From: Camelus dromedarius
Lineage: Eukaryota
Reading direction: 5' to 3'
DNA length: 64,000 nucleotides
Assembly: GCF_036321535.1 (NCBI RefSeq)
Contig: NC_087436.1
Span: 77,874,001-77,938,000 of the forward strand
Position 1 is the first letter of the stretch. Every line of letters begins with the position of its first letter. Below are positions 36,838 through 48,732 of the stretch, piece by piece. The position numbers were made by a program, and so were the translations under genes. The notes under the pieces are model-generated. The model did no database searches and was not told the origin of the DNA. It saw only the letters and a program-made list of their open reading frames with translations.

Positions 36838-38114
36838 TACCCGTTTCAGTAGCTCATAGTTTGTAGTTTTCCAAGAGAACAGATTTCCTTGCTTCGTTCT
36901 TTTCTTATTAGATCTTGAATGTTTGAGTATTTCAGAAGCTCAGACACCGCGAATGTCACACCTCCTCTTTAAACCCTCCCACTTGCCAAAGCTCTGCTAT
37001 TTACATATCCCTTCAGAGTTTTCCCTCTTCTGAGCTGTTTGTCTTTTTCTTCCTTTGACCTTCTGTATTTCGCAGAGGTCTTCTTGGACTAGGATTCAGG
37101 GAGCACTTGTAGTTCAGAGAGAGAAGGTACCCATCCTCACGGGACTGGTCTGTGTCCTTGCTGGTCTCCTTCTGTGTGGGACTTCCTGTACAAAGTGTGG
37201 CAAATTCAGCAGTTTACCACTGTCTGGACGGTCTTCAGAGGCGGTTCCTAATCATTTTCAAGAAATGAAAGTTGACAAAATGCAGAAGTGGGCTCTGATC
37301 GTCGCTTGTCTGAGCCTGGTATAAGCCAAAGAGTGACTCATTTGTAAATGACTAGGTGTGAATAGTCACTTTCTCTGTGATTTTATCTGCATAAACCAGC
37401 ACGATTCCAACCGCTGCCGCAGCAAAGATGTTGTCTGCACAACAAAGTCTACACAACAAAGTCTTTTCGTAGTCTCTAGAAGCTGTGCTTTCTTATTCTA
37501 GCACCTTTGAAATCATACAACTGACCTTGTACGTAGGGCGTTTTCTGGTTTCCAATCTGGGTAGCAGTCACTCCTTACCATAAGGAACTCTGTCCTGTTG
37601 TATGGTGAACAGGATTGGATGGGGTAGCTGGGCCTTTATCTCTTCTTTGTCTCCAATCAGGTAGCAGTTAGCCTCTTATCCCTTCCCTCTTCAAACACAG
37701 CAAACAAAACACAAAAGAGTCCAGCAGGAAGAGGGGAAGTTTGGGGAAGTTTGGAGGCACAAATGCAGGATGCTGTATCTACTCACTGATTCACCTTTTG
37801 GTCCAGAAAGCTAAGAAAGTGCTTTGCCAAACCACAGACCCGCAGATCAGAATGGCCGTTGCATGTCAACTGGTCTAGACCCATTACTTACAGATGAGGA
37901 CACTGAAGTCAGAAAGGTGGGGAAGACTCCCCCAAAGCCCCCCAAATCTGAGGAGAGTGAAATTTAGCCCATCATTCTCATATTCCTCACCTAATGCCCT
38001 CACAGAGTTTATCAAACTTATCCCATGACCCTAAACGATATTGGTCCCAGTTTTTCTTTTAATGATGGATTTTCATATTATTTTTAAATGGATTTTTTTT
38101 TTTACTTATCACAT

Positions 38115-38296
38115 TTTTTTAAATTGAGTTATAGTCAGTTTATAATGTGTCAATTTCTGGTGTACAGCACAATTCTTCAGTCATATATGAATATACATAT
38201 ATTCATTTTCACCGTGAGCTACTACAAGATATTGAATGTTTCCCTGTGCTGCACAGCATAAACTTGTTGATCTATTTTATATATACCAGTCAGTAT
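38115..38296 (-). mobile_element. 5'-truncated L1 3' UTR (variant subfamily)
   Basis: aattgagttatagtcagtttataatgtgtcaatttctggtgtacagcac; antisense L1 end. Confidence 0.8.
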
Positions 38297-39199
38297 TAAA
38301 GACGGATTTCTTGCCATGATTATCACCTGTGTACCACTAAACGCAGAGGAGTGTTAATCTAATTCATAATCATAATAAAAACAAAGCCCTTAGCACTTTG
38401 GATGTCCTTTGCTGATCTCTGGGGATAGTACCACCCATGAAAATGGATCAGAATCACTTAAATTTATACTCAATTCCAAAGTCCAGGTATCATAGGGGGA
38501 CATTTGAGATTTATTTAACCCCAATATAGTAAAAACCTGTGACCCTGCAATACCCAGACTGACACCTGGCTCGCTCGTGGATCCAACACATCTGAACTGA
38601 GCACGTTAACTCCCCATGCGGCTCCCCTGCACTTATGCGATTCCATAATCGCGTTGCAAAAAAATTGAACAAAGCCCACCATCCTCCAACTGCCAGGTCT
38701 CAACCAAGTTGACAACACACTCTGCTGAACTTACTTTCCCACAGTGATTCATCCAGAGAAACATGATTTCATGCTTTCATTTTCTCCAAGCAGCATAGGT
38801 GGAAAGAGGGAAAGAATGCAAACTTGGTTTCACGGTAGAAAACCCACTGATTGGGCACTCTTCAGGGAAAACATAATTTCCCTGCTTATTCCAAGAAATA
38901 TTGGTTCCCTTCTTTTTAATTCTCCAAATCATGTTCCATAAACCATTAACTATAAGTCCTAAAACGTTGGACTATGTGCACATTTGAACTGAAGTATGCT
39001 GTTAACAATATTGGAAGACAGTTGCCTCTTGCTGTCCAAAGGTGAGCACACACACTGGCATGTTTCATCTCTTATCAGCTCACACTGTAGAGAAAGGAAG
39101 TTGGGTTTCAGGCTGGTGGAGTGGGATTTAAGCCTGCTGAAGCCTGCTAGCTCTGAAGTGGGAATCGGCTACCTAGGAGTTTCCTCATTGCATTAAATT

Positions 39200-39254
39200 A
39201 AAGAAAAGAAAACAAAAGAAAAGAAAAGGAAAGGAAAGGATAGGAAAGAATAAA
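39200..39254 (+). repeat. (GAAAA)n/(GGAAA)n simple repeat
   Basis: Directly visible. Confidence 0.8.
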
Positions 39255-40706
39255 GCATCCTTTAAGAGGAGTTGATAGTACAGAATTAAGGCTTATTTTG
39301 ATTTAGGGTCTATTTTGCATGGAGCCAGCCTTACTTGCTAGTTTTGAATGAAATTTCCTAACCTGCAAAGTTTGAATACATAAACCTCAGACCCCAACAT
39401 CTCTTCTGTTAGCATTGAGTAAAGTGACCTTGATTACATGAAGCAGAGAACTGAGGCAATTACCTAATCATTCAAACCCAGAAAAAATATTTTGGCTTGA
39501 TTTAACCAGGAAGTGCCCCCCCCCTTCTATTAAAACTCTAGAAGCCCAAGTCTGACCAAAGTTTTTCGTTTTAAAAATGTCTTAAGAGTAAAGCTAATAG
39601 AGTCACCATCAGAATATCTTCGAGTTTTATGTTTAGTTAGTTTCCAGGTCACTAAGCACATTTTTTTCCCCAGGAAGCGAGTTCAGGAATTCCTTTGAAC
39701 CTTCAGCTCCAAGGAGAATGAGCCTAGCCCTCTTTTCCATCCCCAGTTGTGCACTCTGTGCACTCTCCAGCACAACAGGAAGACGCGTTTGGAACAGAGG
39801 CAGAGTCTTTTGTGCAGACAGCCCACAGGGTAAACAGTGCACCCAGGCAGAAGGGAGAGAATGTCAATCATCTACAGCCCAACGTTCCTACGTAGTTTAG
39901 CAACTCCGCTTCCAACCCTGCGCTGTGCTTTCTCGGGATTCTAAGCGCAGGAGGCAGGTGGGCAGTTGGGAAAAGGAAGTACAGAAAGGAGTAAACGTGC
40001 TGGGGTATGAGAGGGGTGAGGATGGGGTGAGGGAGGGGCACAGTGCTAGAGCCAGGTCGAGTGGAGAGGGAAAGCTGGAAACCCTCAAAGACAAAGGCAG
40101 GACAACCCTCTTCTGATGATGCTCTTTGTGAGATAAAAGGCCAGCCACCCCTGGGGAACCCAGGCCTGTGTTCTTAGAAACAAGGGGCACTTCAGATTGT
40201 GAAAGGGGCTCGCTTCCTTCCCTAGCAAGCCCAGCTTGATGGCAGGCTCCCTCCAGGCCCCTGCTCAAAGCCGGCTGCTGAGGGAGGAATTCACGGCGTG
40301 CCCCGACAGATCACCTCCTGAATCCACACCTACACGCGGGCCGACATGGCCCGGTGCAGTTCACGCTTGTGCTCACCCACGCTCCCATCCGGCCACGGCA
40401 GTGACAAATGTGCTGCACCCGCACACGGACGGCACCGAGAGGGAGACGGTGAACGATTTCCAGGTGAGTGAGCACACGGTGTAAACCTCTGGCGTATCTG
40501 GACATTAAAACAAGAGGTGTGTATGAGAACAGGAACTTGTTCTCTGGAAACTTTGTGTTTGAATAGCCTTAGAATCCCATTTTTTAAGTGTAATATCACT
40601 TGAGGAAAAATTTTTCAGGAGTTTCACCTTGATGTATCTACCACATTAGAAACTTTATAGCATTTTTGCAAACTCACTGTCATGCGCAAAACAACCACCC
40701 AGAGAT

Positions 40707-41004
40707 CAGGGTCAGCAAACTTTCTGTAAAGGGCAAAGAGTAAATATCTGAGGCTTTGTGTGTCCTCCACTCTCTGTCACAACTACAAGACTGTAGCAGA
40801 AAGCAGTCACGACAAAGTGTGTGAGGCGATGAGTGTGTCTGTGCGCCAGTAACTTCATTTATGGACATGGAAGTTTGCATTTCATACAATTTTCACCTCT
40901 CAAGAAATATTATTCTTCTTTTGATCTTTTTTCAACCATTGTCACCTTGTGAGCCAAGCGAAATGAGCAGATTCGGCTGGCAGCCCACGGTTTGCAGACC
41001 CCTG
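40707..41004. mobile_element. hAT-Charlie MITE, MER58B-like
   Basis: Terminal inverted repeats cagggtcagcaaac ... gtttgcagacccctg. Confidence 0.8.
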
Positions 41005-41759
41005 ACGACATAGACGGTTGAAAGAAAGATGAATGTTGCTGCTGTCATGGCAACACATGCAGGGTGCAGAGTTCAGGGAAAGGCAGTGCAGGGGCGAGGA
41101 GGCAGGACTGCAGGGCGTTCTGCTACTCTGCGGATGCCAGGACCAGCAGCATCAGCATTGCCCAGACCCCACCCCAGACCCACAGAATCCACATCTGCAC
41201 AGCAACACGATCCCCAGAGTCCCTGCAGGTTTGAAGGTTATCTTGAAGTCTGAGACGGCTTGGTGTTGTGATCTAAAGCCTGGGCTCTGGGTTTAGGAGG
41301 TCTAGCTCAAATCTTTGTGTCTCTCATTAGCTACATGGCCTTAGACAAGTCACCATTATTATGAATATGCCTGAATCCATACTGAAAAAGTAGGGGTGAT
41401 GAGCCATACTTAGAAGTGCCTGGCAAGTGATGCTTATCAAATGCTTGCTACGATTGATTTTCAGGAAGTCAGTGCCTAGGCAAGGACAGACACGTTTTTC
41501 GCCAGTCATTTGAGTTGAGCGATGCAGACTACAGCCCCCTGTCCCCTCCCTCACCCCTGACCAGTCCTGACCATTAAAGAAAAGAAAGACACCACAACTC
41601 CTGGCCGCAGAGTGTCAAATATATTGCTCGTTGGAAAGGGACAACTCAGAGACACTTTAGGTCTGCTGAGGTGGCGTGCAGCATACAGACATGCTCTGTT
41701 TTTTGAAATCATGTCATTAAGGTTTCAAATACATCTCTGTTTTGAACATGATGTCTTTT

Positions 41760-42963
41760 TTTTTTCATTAGCACAGTTTACTACTCTACAGTTTCTCCTA
41801 GAGTAAATAAATATAATGGCTGTTTGCAGAGCAACCACAGACTTACTTAGATGTTTAACAAGGTGAACTATTTCACAATTAGATCGACCTCTGAGTTCAC
41901 AGCAAGATGTTTTTCATTTGTTTTGTTCACTGCTCTAGTTGGGAGGGAGGTTGGGGGTAACTTTTCCAACGTGTTCTTTGTTCACACGTTTAGTCACCAA
42001 CAGACTCCAAAAGGTAATAAAAAATAACCGTCTGCCAAAAAAAAAAACAAACTGTAATTAGGCCATGGTTTTTTTTCCCTTAAAGTCAGATAATTTAAAT
42101 GTACAAGAGGAAAAACAAATAGGCATCATGGAAAACTAAGTAACAAAAAAACTACCGAAAAATCCATCTGTAGAACACAGTGGTGAGTTGTCAACAGCTC
42201 AGAAAGGCAGAGAAAACAGAGGGTCCTTCAAGAACGTTATGCAGTCCAATGACAAACTCTGCTTTTTTTTTCCTAGTGGCTATTCTCCTACCACAGTGTT
42301 GAGCTTCATTATTATATTAAATAACTTATATGGGTAAAAAGGAGTTTGCTAACCAGCAGCCAACTCAAAACCTCGTAGGAACAGGGAGGAGAGGCATTTA
42401 CAACCCAGGTCCAACTCAGGGAGACAAAGTCTGCCGTCGGCATTCAGCCAGCTTACCCCTCTCGGCAACACCGCTGAGCTGAAGTTTGGGATCTAAATAG
42501 AGGGTTTTCTTCCCCTCCTTCCTCTCCCCTTTTCTTTTAAGTTAACAAAGAAACATGGGCTTCCTAAGAGCCAGCACTCAGCTGGGCAAGTCCCATTAGC
42601 AGCAAATGTTGAACCAAATTAAAAAAGAAAAACAAAAACCCACACACACACAAAAGAAAGTTCCATCCAGGTGCAGAGCTGTGATTCACATGGAAATTCC
42701 AGGAGATGAGTCATTGCAGAGCTGGGATCTCTAGAGGATTCTTTCTCCAGTGTCTTCAGTGAACATTTCAGTCTCACAAAATCTGAGTCAGTCTGTCAGC
42801 TGTGGGGAATCAGGACCCCATCTGCTCTTGAGGGAGCCTGTTCACGGGGATGTCATGATTTTTTTGTAGCTTTGGGTGCCCGGAAAACAAAGGCCAGCCC
42901 CTCGATGATCTGCGTGGTACAGCAGCGGTGGCGGCGGCGGCAGCAGCAGCAGCATCTCGTGTG
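41760..42963 (-). other. RASGEF1B: RASGEF1B 3' UTR (distal end approximate)
   Basis: Repeat-free, U-rich sequence downstream of the TAA. The end is inferred from a variant poly(A) hexamer, and interspersed repeats resume below ~41450. Confidence 0.65.
41777..41782 (-). terminator. Candidate non-canonical poly(A) signal AGTAAA
   Basis: Minus strand reads gtAGTAAActgtgctaatgaaaaaaaaaa. No AATAAA was seen on the minus strand between the stop codon and this point. Confidence 0.45.
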
Positions 42964-42988
42964 TTAAACTCTGCCTAGGAGGCTGGAC
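42964..42988 (-). CDS. RASGEF1B: RASGEF1B last coding exon (14): (R)SSLLGRV-stop
   Basis: Acceptor cttattactcag|G, then TCC AGC CTC CTA GGC AGA GTT TAA. Phase matches exon 13 and the peptide matches the recalled C-terminus SSLLGRV. Confidence 0.93.
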
Positions 42989-43262
42989 CTGAGTAATAAG
43001 AAGACAAGATAAGCACAAAGGTGGCAGATGATATGAAGGAGGATGAATATCCTTGCCTAATGCTTGTTTCATTTTCCCATGTTTTAAGTTTGATGTGACA
43101 GAGTTAAAAAGAGGACCAAAAAAAAAAAAAAAAGATGAAGCATTGAAGTCCTTCAGGTTTTCCTGGAGAACTGCTTAATCACTAAAATAAATACATGTTG
43201 GTGGAGATGGCAAAAACTTTATTTATAGGTAAATCTCTATCTTGAGTGGCTTGATATTAACA

Positions 43263-43264
<2 letters not shown>

Positions 43265-43294
<30 letters not shown>
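43265..43294. repeat. (CA)n microsatellite in intron 13
   Basis: About 15 perfect CA units. Confidence 0.95.
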
Positions 43295-43297
<3 letters not shown>

Positions 43298-43677
43298 CCC
43301 AGGTCATTCCTAATAAAAAAAAAAAAGCTTTTAGATACACACTGGTCTCATCACTGACGGGTTACTTAGTAAATCTGAGTGGGTTCAAGGGCTGTGCCTG
43401 CGGAGAGCATTTAAATAACAAGTGCCAAGAAAGGGGTCTCCCCTCAGAGGTGTATCTGTCATCGTCACTGCTGAACCTAAGTGTCTGAGTGAGTGGCTCT
43501 GGGACCGGCAGGAGAAGTATCTATGTAAAAATATTGTACTCCCAGCAAAGCCAACGTAGCACACAGTTTCACGTGGGTCCTATCATTCTAGAATAAGAAG
43601 CCTCACCATCTACTTAGCATACGTGGTTTTGCCAAGGTTCATAGCCTGTTTCTTTCTTTCTTTTTTATGGTCATATG

Positions 43678-44225
43678 ATTTTTTTTTTAATTGAAGATTT
43701 ACAATGTTGTGTTAGTTTCTGGTGTCCATCATAGTGATTCAGTGATATATATATATTCTTTTTCACATTTTTAAATTATAGGTTATTATAAGCTAATATC
43801 ATTCCCTGTGCTACACAGTAGGGCCTTGATGTTTATCTGTTCTGTATATAGTAGTTCATATCTGCTAAACTCAAACTCCTAATTTATCCTCCATCACTGT
43901 CCCCTTTGGTTACCATAAGTTTGCTTTCTGTCTGTGAGTCTATTTCTGTTTTGTAAATAAGTTCATTTGTGTCATTTTAAAAGATGCCACATATAAGTGA
44001 TATCATAGGATATTGTCTTTCTCTGTCTGACTTCATTTAGTATGATAATCTCTAGGTCCATTCATGTTGCTGCAAATGGCATTATTTTATTCTTTTTTAA
44101 TGACAGAGTAGTATTCCTTTGTATAAATATACTGTATCTTTATCTACTCATCTGTCGATGGGCATTTTGGTTGTTTCCATGTCTTGGCTATTGTAAATAG
44201 CGCCTATGAACATTGGGGAGCATGT
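43678..44225 (-). mobile_element. L1 3' end (ORF2 tail plus 3' UTR) in intron 13
   Basis: Antisense L1: ttgaag..ttacaatgttgtgttagtttctggtg ... ttccatgtcttggctattgtaaatag. Confidence 0.9.
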
Positions 44226-44748
44226 AACCCTATTTCTTTTTTTATCTTCTTTGGTGCTGCTCTGCCTCATCCAACACCTACAGTCACCCAATGCCATTCC
44301 TCAACAGCCTGTGACACTGAGCTACGGCAGACAGGAGGGAAGACCCTGTGCTTGCCCTCAAAGGCTTGCACAGCAGTAGGGAAAAGCAGCACACGCTACA
44401 GAACAACTGGGCCTATAACAGCAGAGGAAGATGCTTCAGGGTGTATGAGTTCATGTGGGTCTCTTTCTGGGGAGAGATGGGTCAGGGAGAGGGAGGCACT
44501 GGAGTAGGGCCTTGAGATTAGACAAGATACAGAAAAGCAGAGTACACTGCTTAAACCCAGACTCAAAGGAGAGTTTGTCTTCCAAGGCCCCTTAAAAAAC
44601 AATTTTGACTTGGAAACTAGATTTTCATGCCAAGAATACATCATTGCTGTGTTTATATGCACATTTCCTTATATATCATTCATTCTGTGTGTGCTGCTGC
44701 TAATCCCTCAGTGAATTTTTACCAGGAGCATTGCTATTAAGCAGTTAT

Positions 44749-45026
44749 TTTTGTTTGTTTTGCTTGAATTTTTTTTAATTAATTTTTTAAATTGAAGTAC
44801 AGTTACAATGTGTCAATTTCTGGTGTACAGCACAATGTCCCAATCATACATATACATATATATATATATTCATTTTCATTGAAGGTTATTATAAGATATT
44901 GAGCCTAGCTCCCTGTGCTATACAGAAGAAACTTCTTTAAATCTATTTTTATATATAGTGGCTAAAACTTGTAAATCTCAAACTCCCAAATTTATCCCCT
45001 CCCACCCCCTTTCCCTGGTAACTATA
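44749..45026 (-). mobile_element. L1 3' UTR, same subfamily as the 12.8-15.7 kb L1
   Basis: TSD ctattaagca(g/c)ttat at 44734-44748 and 45027-45041. Shares gataaattt..gtttgagattt..aa..ttagccactatatataaaaatagatt with the long L1. Confidence 0.88.
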
Positions 45027-46300
45027 CTATTAAGCACTTATGAGTGGAGTCTGATTAGGCCAGTACAGCAACCCCTCTCTTTCCCTTCATGTGTCTAAAT
45101 TCCCCACTGAACTCTTTGGTCACATTTCAACCTATCAAATGTTAAATATTAAATGTATATTGTGTGTGCAGTACATACAGATATGGGAAAAGACTCTATA
45201 AATTAACCTTTAGCATTACGATTAACCCTTGGATTTACAAACCCTTCCAAATAACCACGAATCAATAGGAATTTGGCACCAAAGAATAAGAATCAGAAAA
45301 GAAAAACAATTAGAACAGAAATGTGTGGGAGCTCTGAATTGTTATAATATGTCTGGATTTCACAGGCAATGCAGATACCAGGAATCATTTATGTATCCCA
45401 ATTTCTCTGTTTACCAATTAAAAAAAAATCTCTAAGAAAAGTAACAATAGCTAAGCTGTACTTGGGGGCCGTATCAACTTAATGTTTTTAAAAAATGGGA
45501 AAGGGGGATGAATAAGAGGAGAAATGTGGAAGGCAAAGTTCATCCAAAAAGGATAACCCCAAGGAGTAATTCCCAAATCTCTTTTCCAGCAACATGTGTA
45601 CTCTGAGGCTCATGGTTTACACAAGAATACTATTAAATGGTGCAGTAAAGATCCCTTAATACCAACACAAAGTAGTACAAAATGTTAATACAAACGTGCC
45701 ACTAGCAGGTACAAAATTTCATCAAAGGAGAACTGGGCATCGGCCCAGCACACTTGTTATATTCCCCCAATTCCCGGCGATGGCCGTAACTTAAAGCTTT
45801 ATGTTTGCGTCTGGGAAACAAGAAACATCTCCAATCCTTTACCTATCACTGCAGCTTATTCTAAGGGTAATAACGCCTCTGCATCTCATCGGTCCTCAAT
45901 GAAAGGTACAAAGAAGGCCTAAATTTTCCTTTAAAACAAAATCTCATAAATCCAAATGTATCTTAGGTACCCTGGTTCAGGAAGCCTAGCCCAGGATCAA
46001 GTATAATGAAGGCTCTCAAATGACTTTGGGAAGAAGAGAAAATGGGCTTCTCAACCTGGTACAAAAAAGCACATGTTCCCAGAGTCTCTGAGTAGCAGCA
46101 CAGGTAACAGCACTCTAGTTTAATAGTAATACTACAGCCCGGGCTGCTTTTGCCTATTAAAGCATCTCCAATGGTAAAAATGCAAACTTGCCTATCCTAG
46201 TTTTGTTTGAAAGTACATTTGTTTGAAAATACTAATAGATTAATACAATTTTTAAATTTGAAAAGATTCTGGATTGCATTGAAAGTTTTTCTCTCAGGAT

Positions 46301-46410
46301 GGGGAAGGGCACAGCTCAGTGGTAGAGCGCATGCTTAGCAAGCACGAGGTCCTGGATTCAATCCCCAGTACCTCCATTAAAAATAATTAATTACATGTTT
46401 GAAAAAAAAA
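46301..46410 (+). mobile_element. tRNA-derived SINE (vic-1-like) in intron 13
   Basis: ggggaagggcacagctcagtggtagagcgcatgcttagcaagcacgaggtcctggattcaatccccagtacctcca, with Pol III A and B boxes and an A-rich tail. Confidence 0.88.
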
Positions 46411-46907
46411 GTTTTAATAAAGTTTTTTTTTTTCCTCTCTCTCTCTCAAACCAAAGAGCAGACACTGATATCCAGCTAATAAGTAAAACACTAGAATTTA
46501 CTGAACCAGTTGGGACTTAGGTCTCTTTTATCTCAGGTCCAATAAAATTTTAGTGGTAGAACTGTTCAGGAACACAGTCTGAATGTCTTATCTTTTATAC
46601 AAAGAAAACGAGCTGCTGCCCTGTTTAACATACCATGGGGTCATTTCAGTTCCTCTTTCCATAAAATAATGGAAGAGACAGAGGAACAGTCACTGTGTAT
46701 CTGCCAGTATATATTAAAAAAAAGAAGGCAGTAAAACTGAATGATGGCAATGAGGATTCCAAGCCACAAAGATTCAGTGACCAGATGAGGTGCAGAGAGG
46801 ACTTGGAACACGCAGGCAGGGCCTTCCTCCAGCAAGCACGCGGCTTCTTCACTGCAGCCCGCCATCAGCTTTAGATGCGCACAGCACCGAGAAGCAAGGA
46901 GACCCAC

Positions 46908-46980
46908 CTCAAGGACTTCCATCTGTCTTTCTCTATGTGATTTTCAGGTCCTTCACTCTCATAGGAAGCCAAGTAGAGAG
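46908..46980 (-). CDS. RASGEF1B: RASGEF1B exon 13: (A)LYLASYESEGPENHIEKDRWKSL(R)
   Basis: 73 nt, phase 1/2. Acceptor gattgcag|CT, donor AG|gtgggt. Visible in ORF 46871..47089. Confidence 0.97.
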
Positions 46981-48153
46981 CTGCAATCAATGAAAAGTAA
47001 GAATGCATTAACACCGAAGCCTTCTCTGAGGCATTACCCAGTACCATCCCTCCCCTGTTCCACTGGAGCCAAACCCTACAGCAAAACACACTCTTTAAAA
47101 TGTCAAATCACCACTGGCAAGCTTCCTAGTTTCACTGAGAGCACAGAAGGCCACTTTGCCCCTGGCTGACCATCTGAACAAAAACCCAAGGGCTGCTAAG
47201 CCAAAAAGGTTAACTAAGACACTTGGTTAACGAAGACAATATATGAGGCAAAAAAGGCTTAAAAATGCCAGCCACACGACACTATCATACACTCACGCTT
47301 ACATTCTTTACAAAGAAGGGGGATGGAAAGGAGAGGCTTTCCTGGTAGATCAATTTTTAAAAGACTTTTTGGCCAGTAAAAAGCCAGATTTTCTAGGCCA
47401 GTGTTTCATCCTTCTAATGGTTTTCTGTTTAAGTCAAAAAGAGTTCAAGGATTTAAAAGCTTGTTATTAATCCTGTTTGCAGAGGTCAATAACAATCAAG
47501 TCCCCTCTGGAATGGGCAATATTAATTCAAAATGTTCTTCAGTCATTTTCACAAACACCATCAACAGACTATGAGAAAATCTGTTAACAATGCTGTTGAT
47601 TTCTATACTATTAGGATGAAACAGGTCAACAGAATAAATTCCCACTTTTTTACAAACTTTAAATTTCTGGTCAATTTTTTCTATACACAATACTGTTTCC
47701 AACTCAAATTTCCTAATGTTTTACTATGTTAAGACTTTTCCACTACTTTTTCAAACAGCAGGGGTAGCAACTAATTATGTTGCTTTTCAGTTTACCTTGA
47801 CTATCAACATACCACAAAACACCTTTTTTCTCCATTAAAGCAAGCCCCAACAAGGGGAAAAAAATCCTTCCATAGCTTTCCATTCGTGTCCAAAGCTCTG
47901 CAGAGCAAATATTATAAAGAATGTTTAAACATGGAAACATACTGTTTCTGGGTCAAGAGTCAGTGAGTGCCTGACTCAGATACTTTAGGGATAAATCATA
48001 CGATTTTTCTGTGCAAAAGAAAACTCTGAAGATGGAATAACCCTAGAGACAGGCCTCACACTACATGAGCAACCAGGCACCAAGCATTTCTACACCAGTT
48101 TCCTGATGGTAAAGTTCGTGGTGGTGGTGGCTCCAGCTAAACAGGCTACCCAC

Positions 48154-48277
48154 CATCTTCACTGAAGACTGGGACTGTGAGCAGATACTGCAAGATCTTC
48201 CGGTCCCTCTCAAACGGACACTCCACTTGTTTCCACGTCATGAATTCACTCACTTGTTTGGCCAGTTCCCAAAATTT
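48154..48277 (-). CDS. RASGEF1B: RASGEF1B exon 12: KFWELAKQVSEFMTWKQVECPFERDRKILQYLLTVPVFSED(A)
   Basis: 124 nt, phase 0/1. Acceptor cttctag|AAA, donor G|gtgggt. Confidence 0.97.
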
Positions 48278-48636
48278 CTAGAAGAGAATAAAAGAAAAGA
48301 ACTTAAAGACAATGATCAAAAATCATGAGCTTGGATGAGATAATTCCATTTCATCTTCCCCTTTGGCTTCTGATCTTCTGAACTGCATAACTTTCTTAAT
48401 TTAATAAACACTAGGTACAGATGTTTGCTGGGTATTGGTAAAAATTTACTCAAGTACCTTCAGATGATAATGAAGAATAATGGTGTAGCTAATTTATTCT
48501 ATTCATGATTGTTATTTTCTTACAAAACAGGAGGGGAAGAGAAAACTTGGTTCCAGAGCTTCAGAATCAGCTTAGGTGCCCTGGCCTGGGCTACAGTTGG
48601 CGGAGACACTAGTGGATTTTTGCAGCCTAGCCTTAC

Positions 48637-48732
48637 CTCAAAATTGACATGGCCATTTGGAAGGCGGTTGGCACAGCCCTCATTGAGGAAATAAATATCT
48701 TTGATTAAAAGACTGAAGAATGGTATCACAAT
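48637..48732 (-). CDS. RASGEF1B: RASGEF1B exon 11: IVIPFFSLLIKDIYFLNEGCANRLPNGHVNFE
   Basis: 96 nt, phase 0/0. Acceptor ttttctag|ATT, donor GAG|gtaagg. IPFFSLLIKD...GHVNFEK is the catalytic helical-hairpin region of CDC25 domains. Confidence 0.97.

Noticed and set aside
46301..46376. Possible tRNA gene (also the copy at 51572)
   Set aside because: A-rich tail, a clear TSD on the 51572 copy, six diverged copies and imperfect stems indicate a tRNA-derived SINE, not a functional tRNA.
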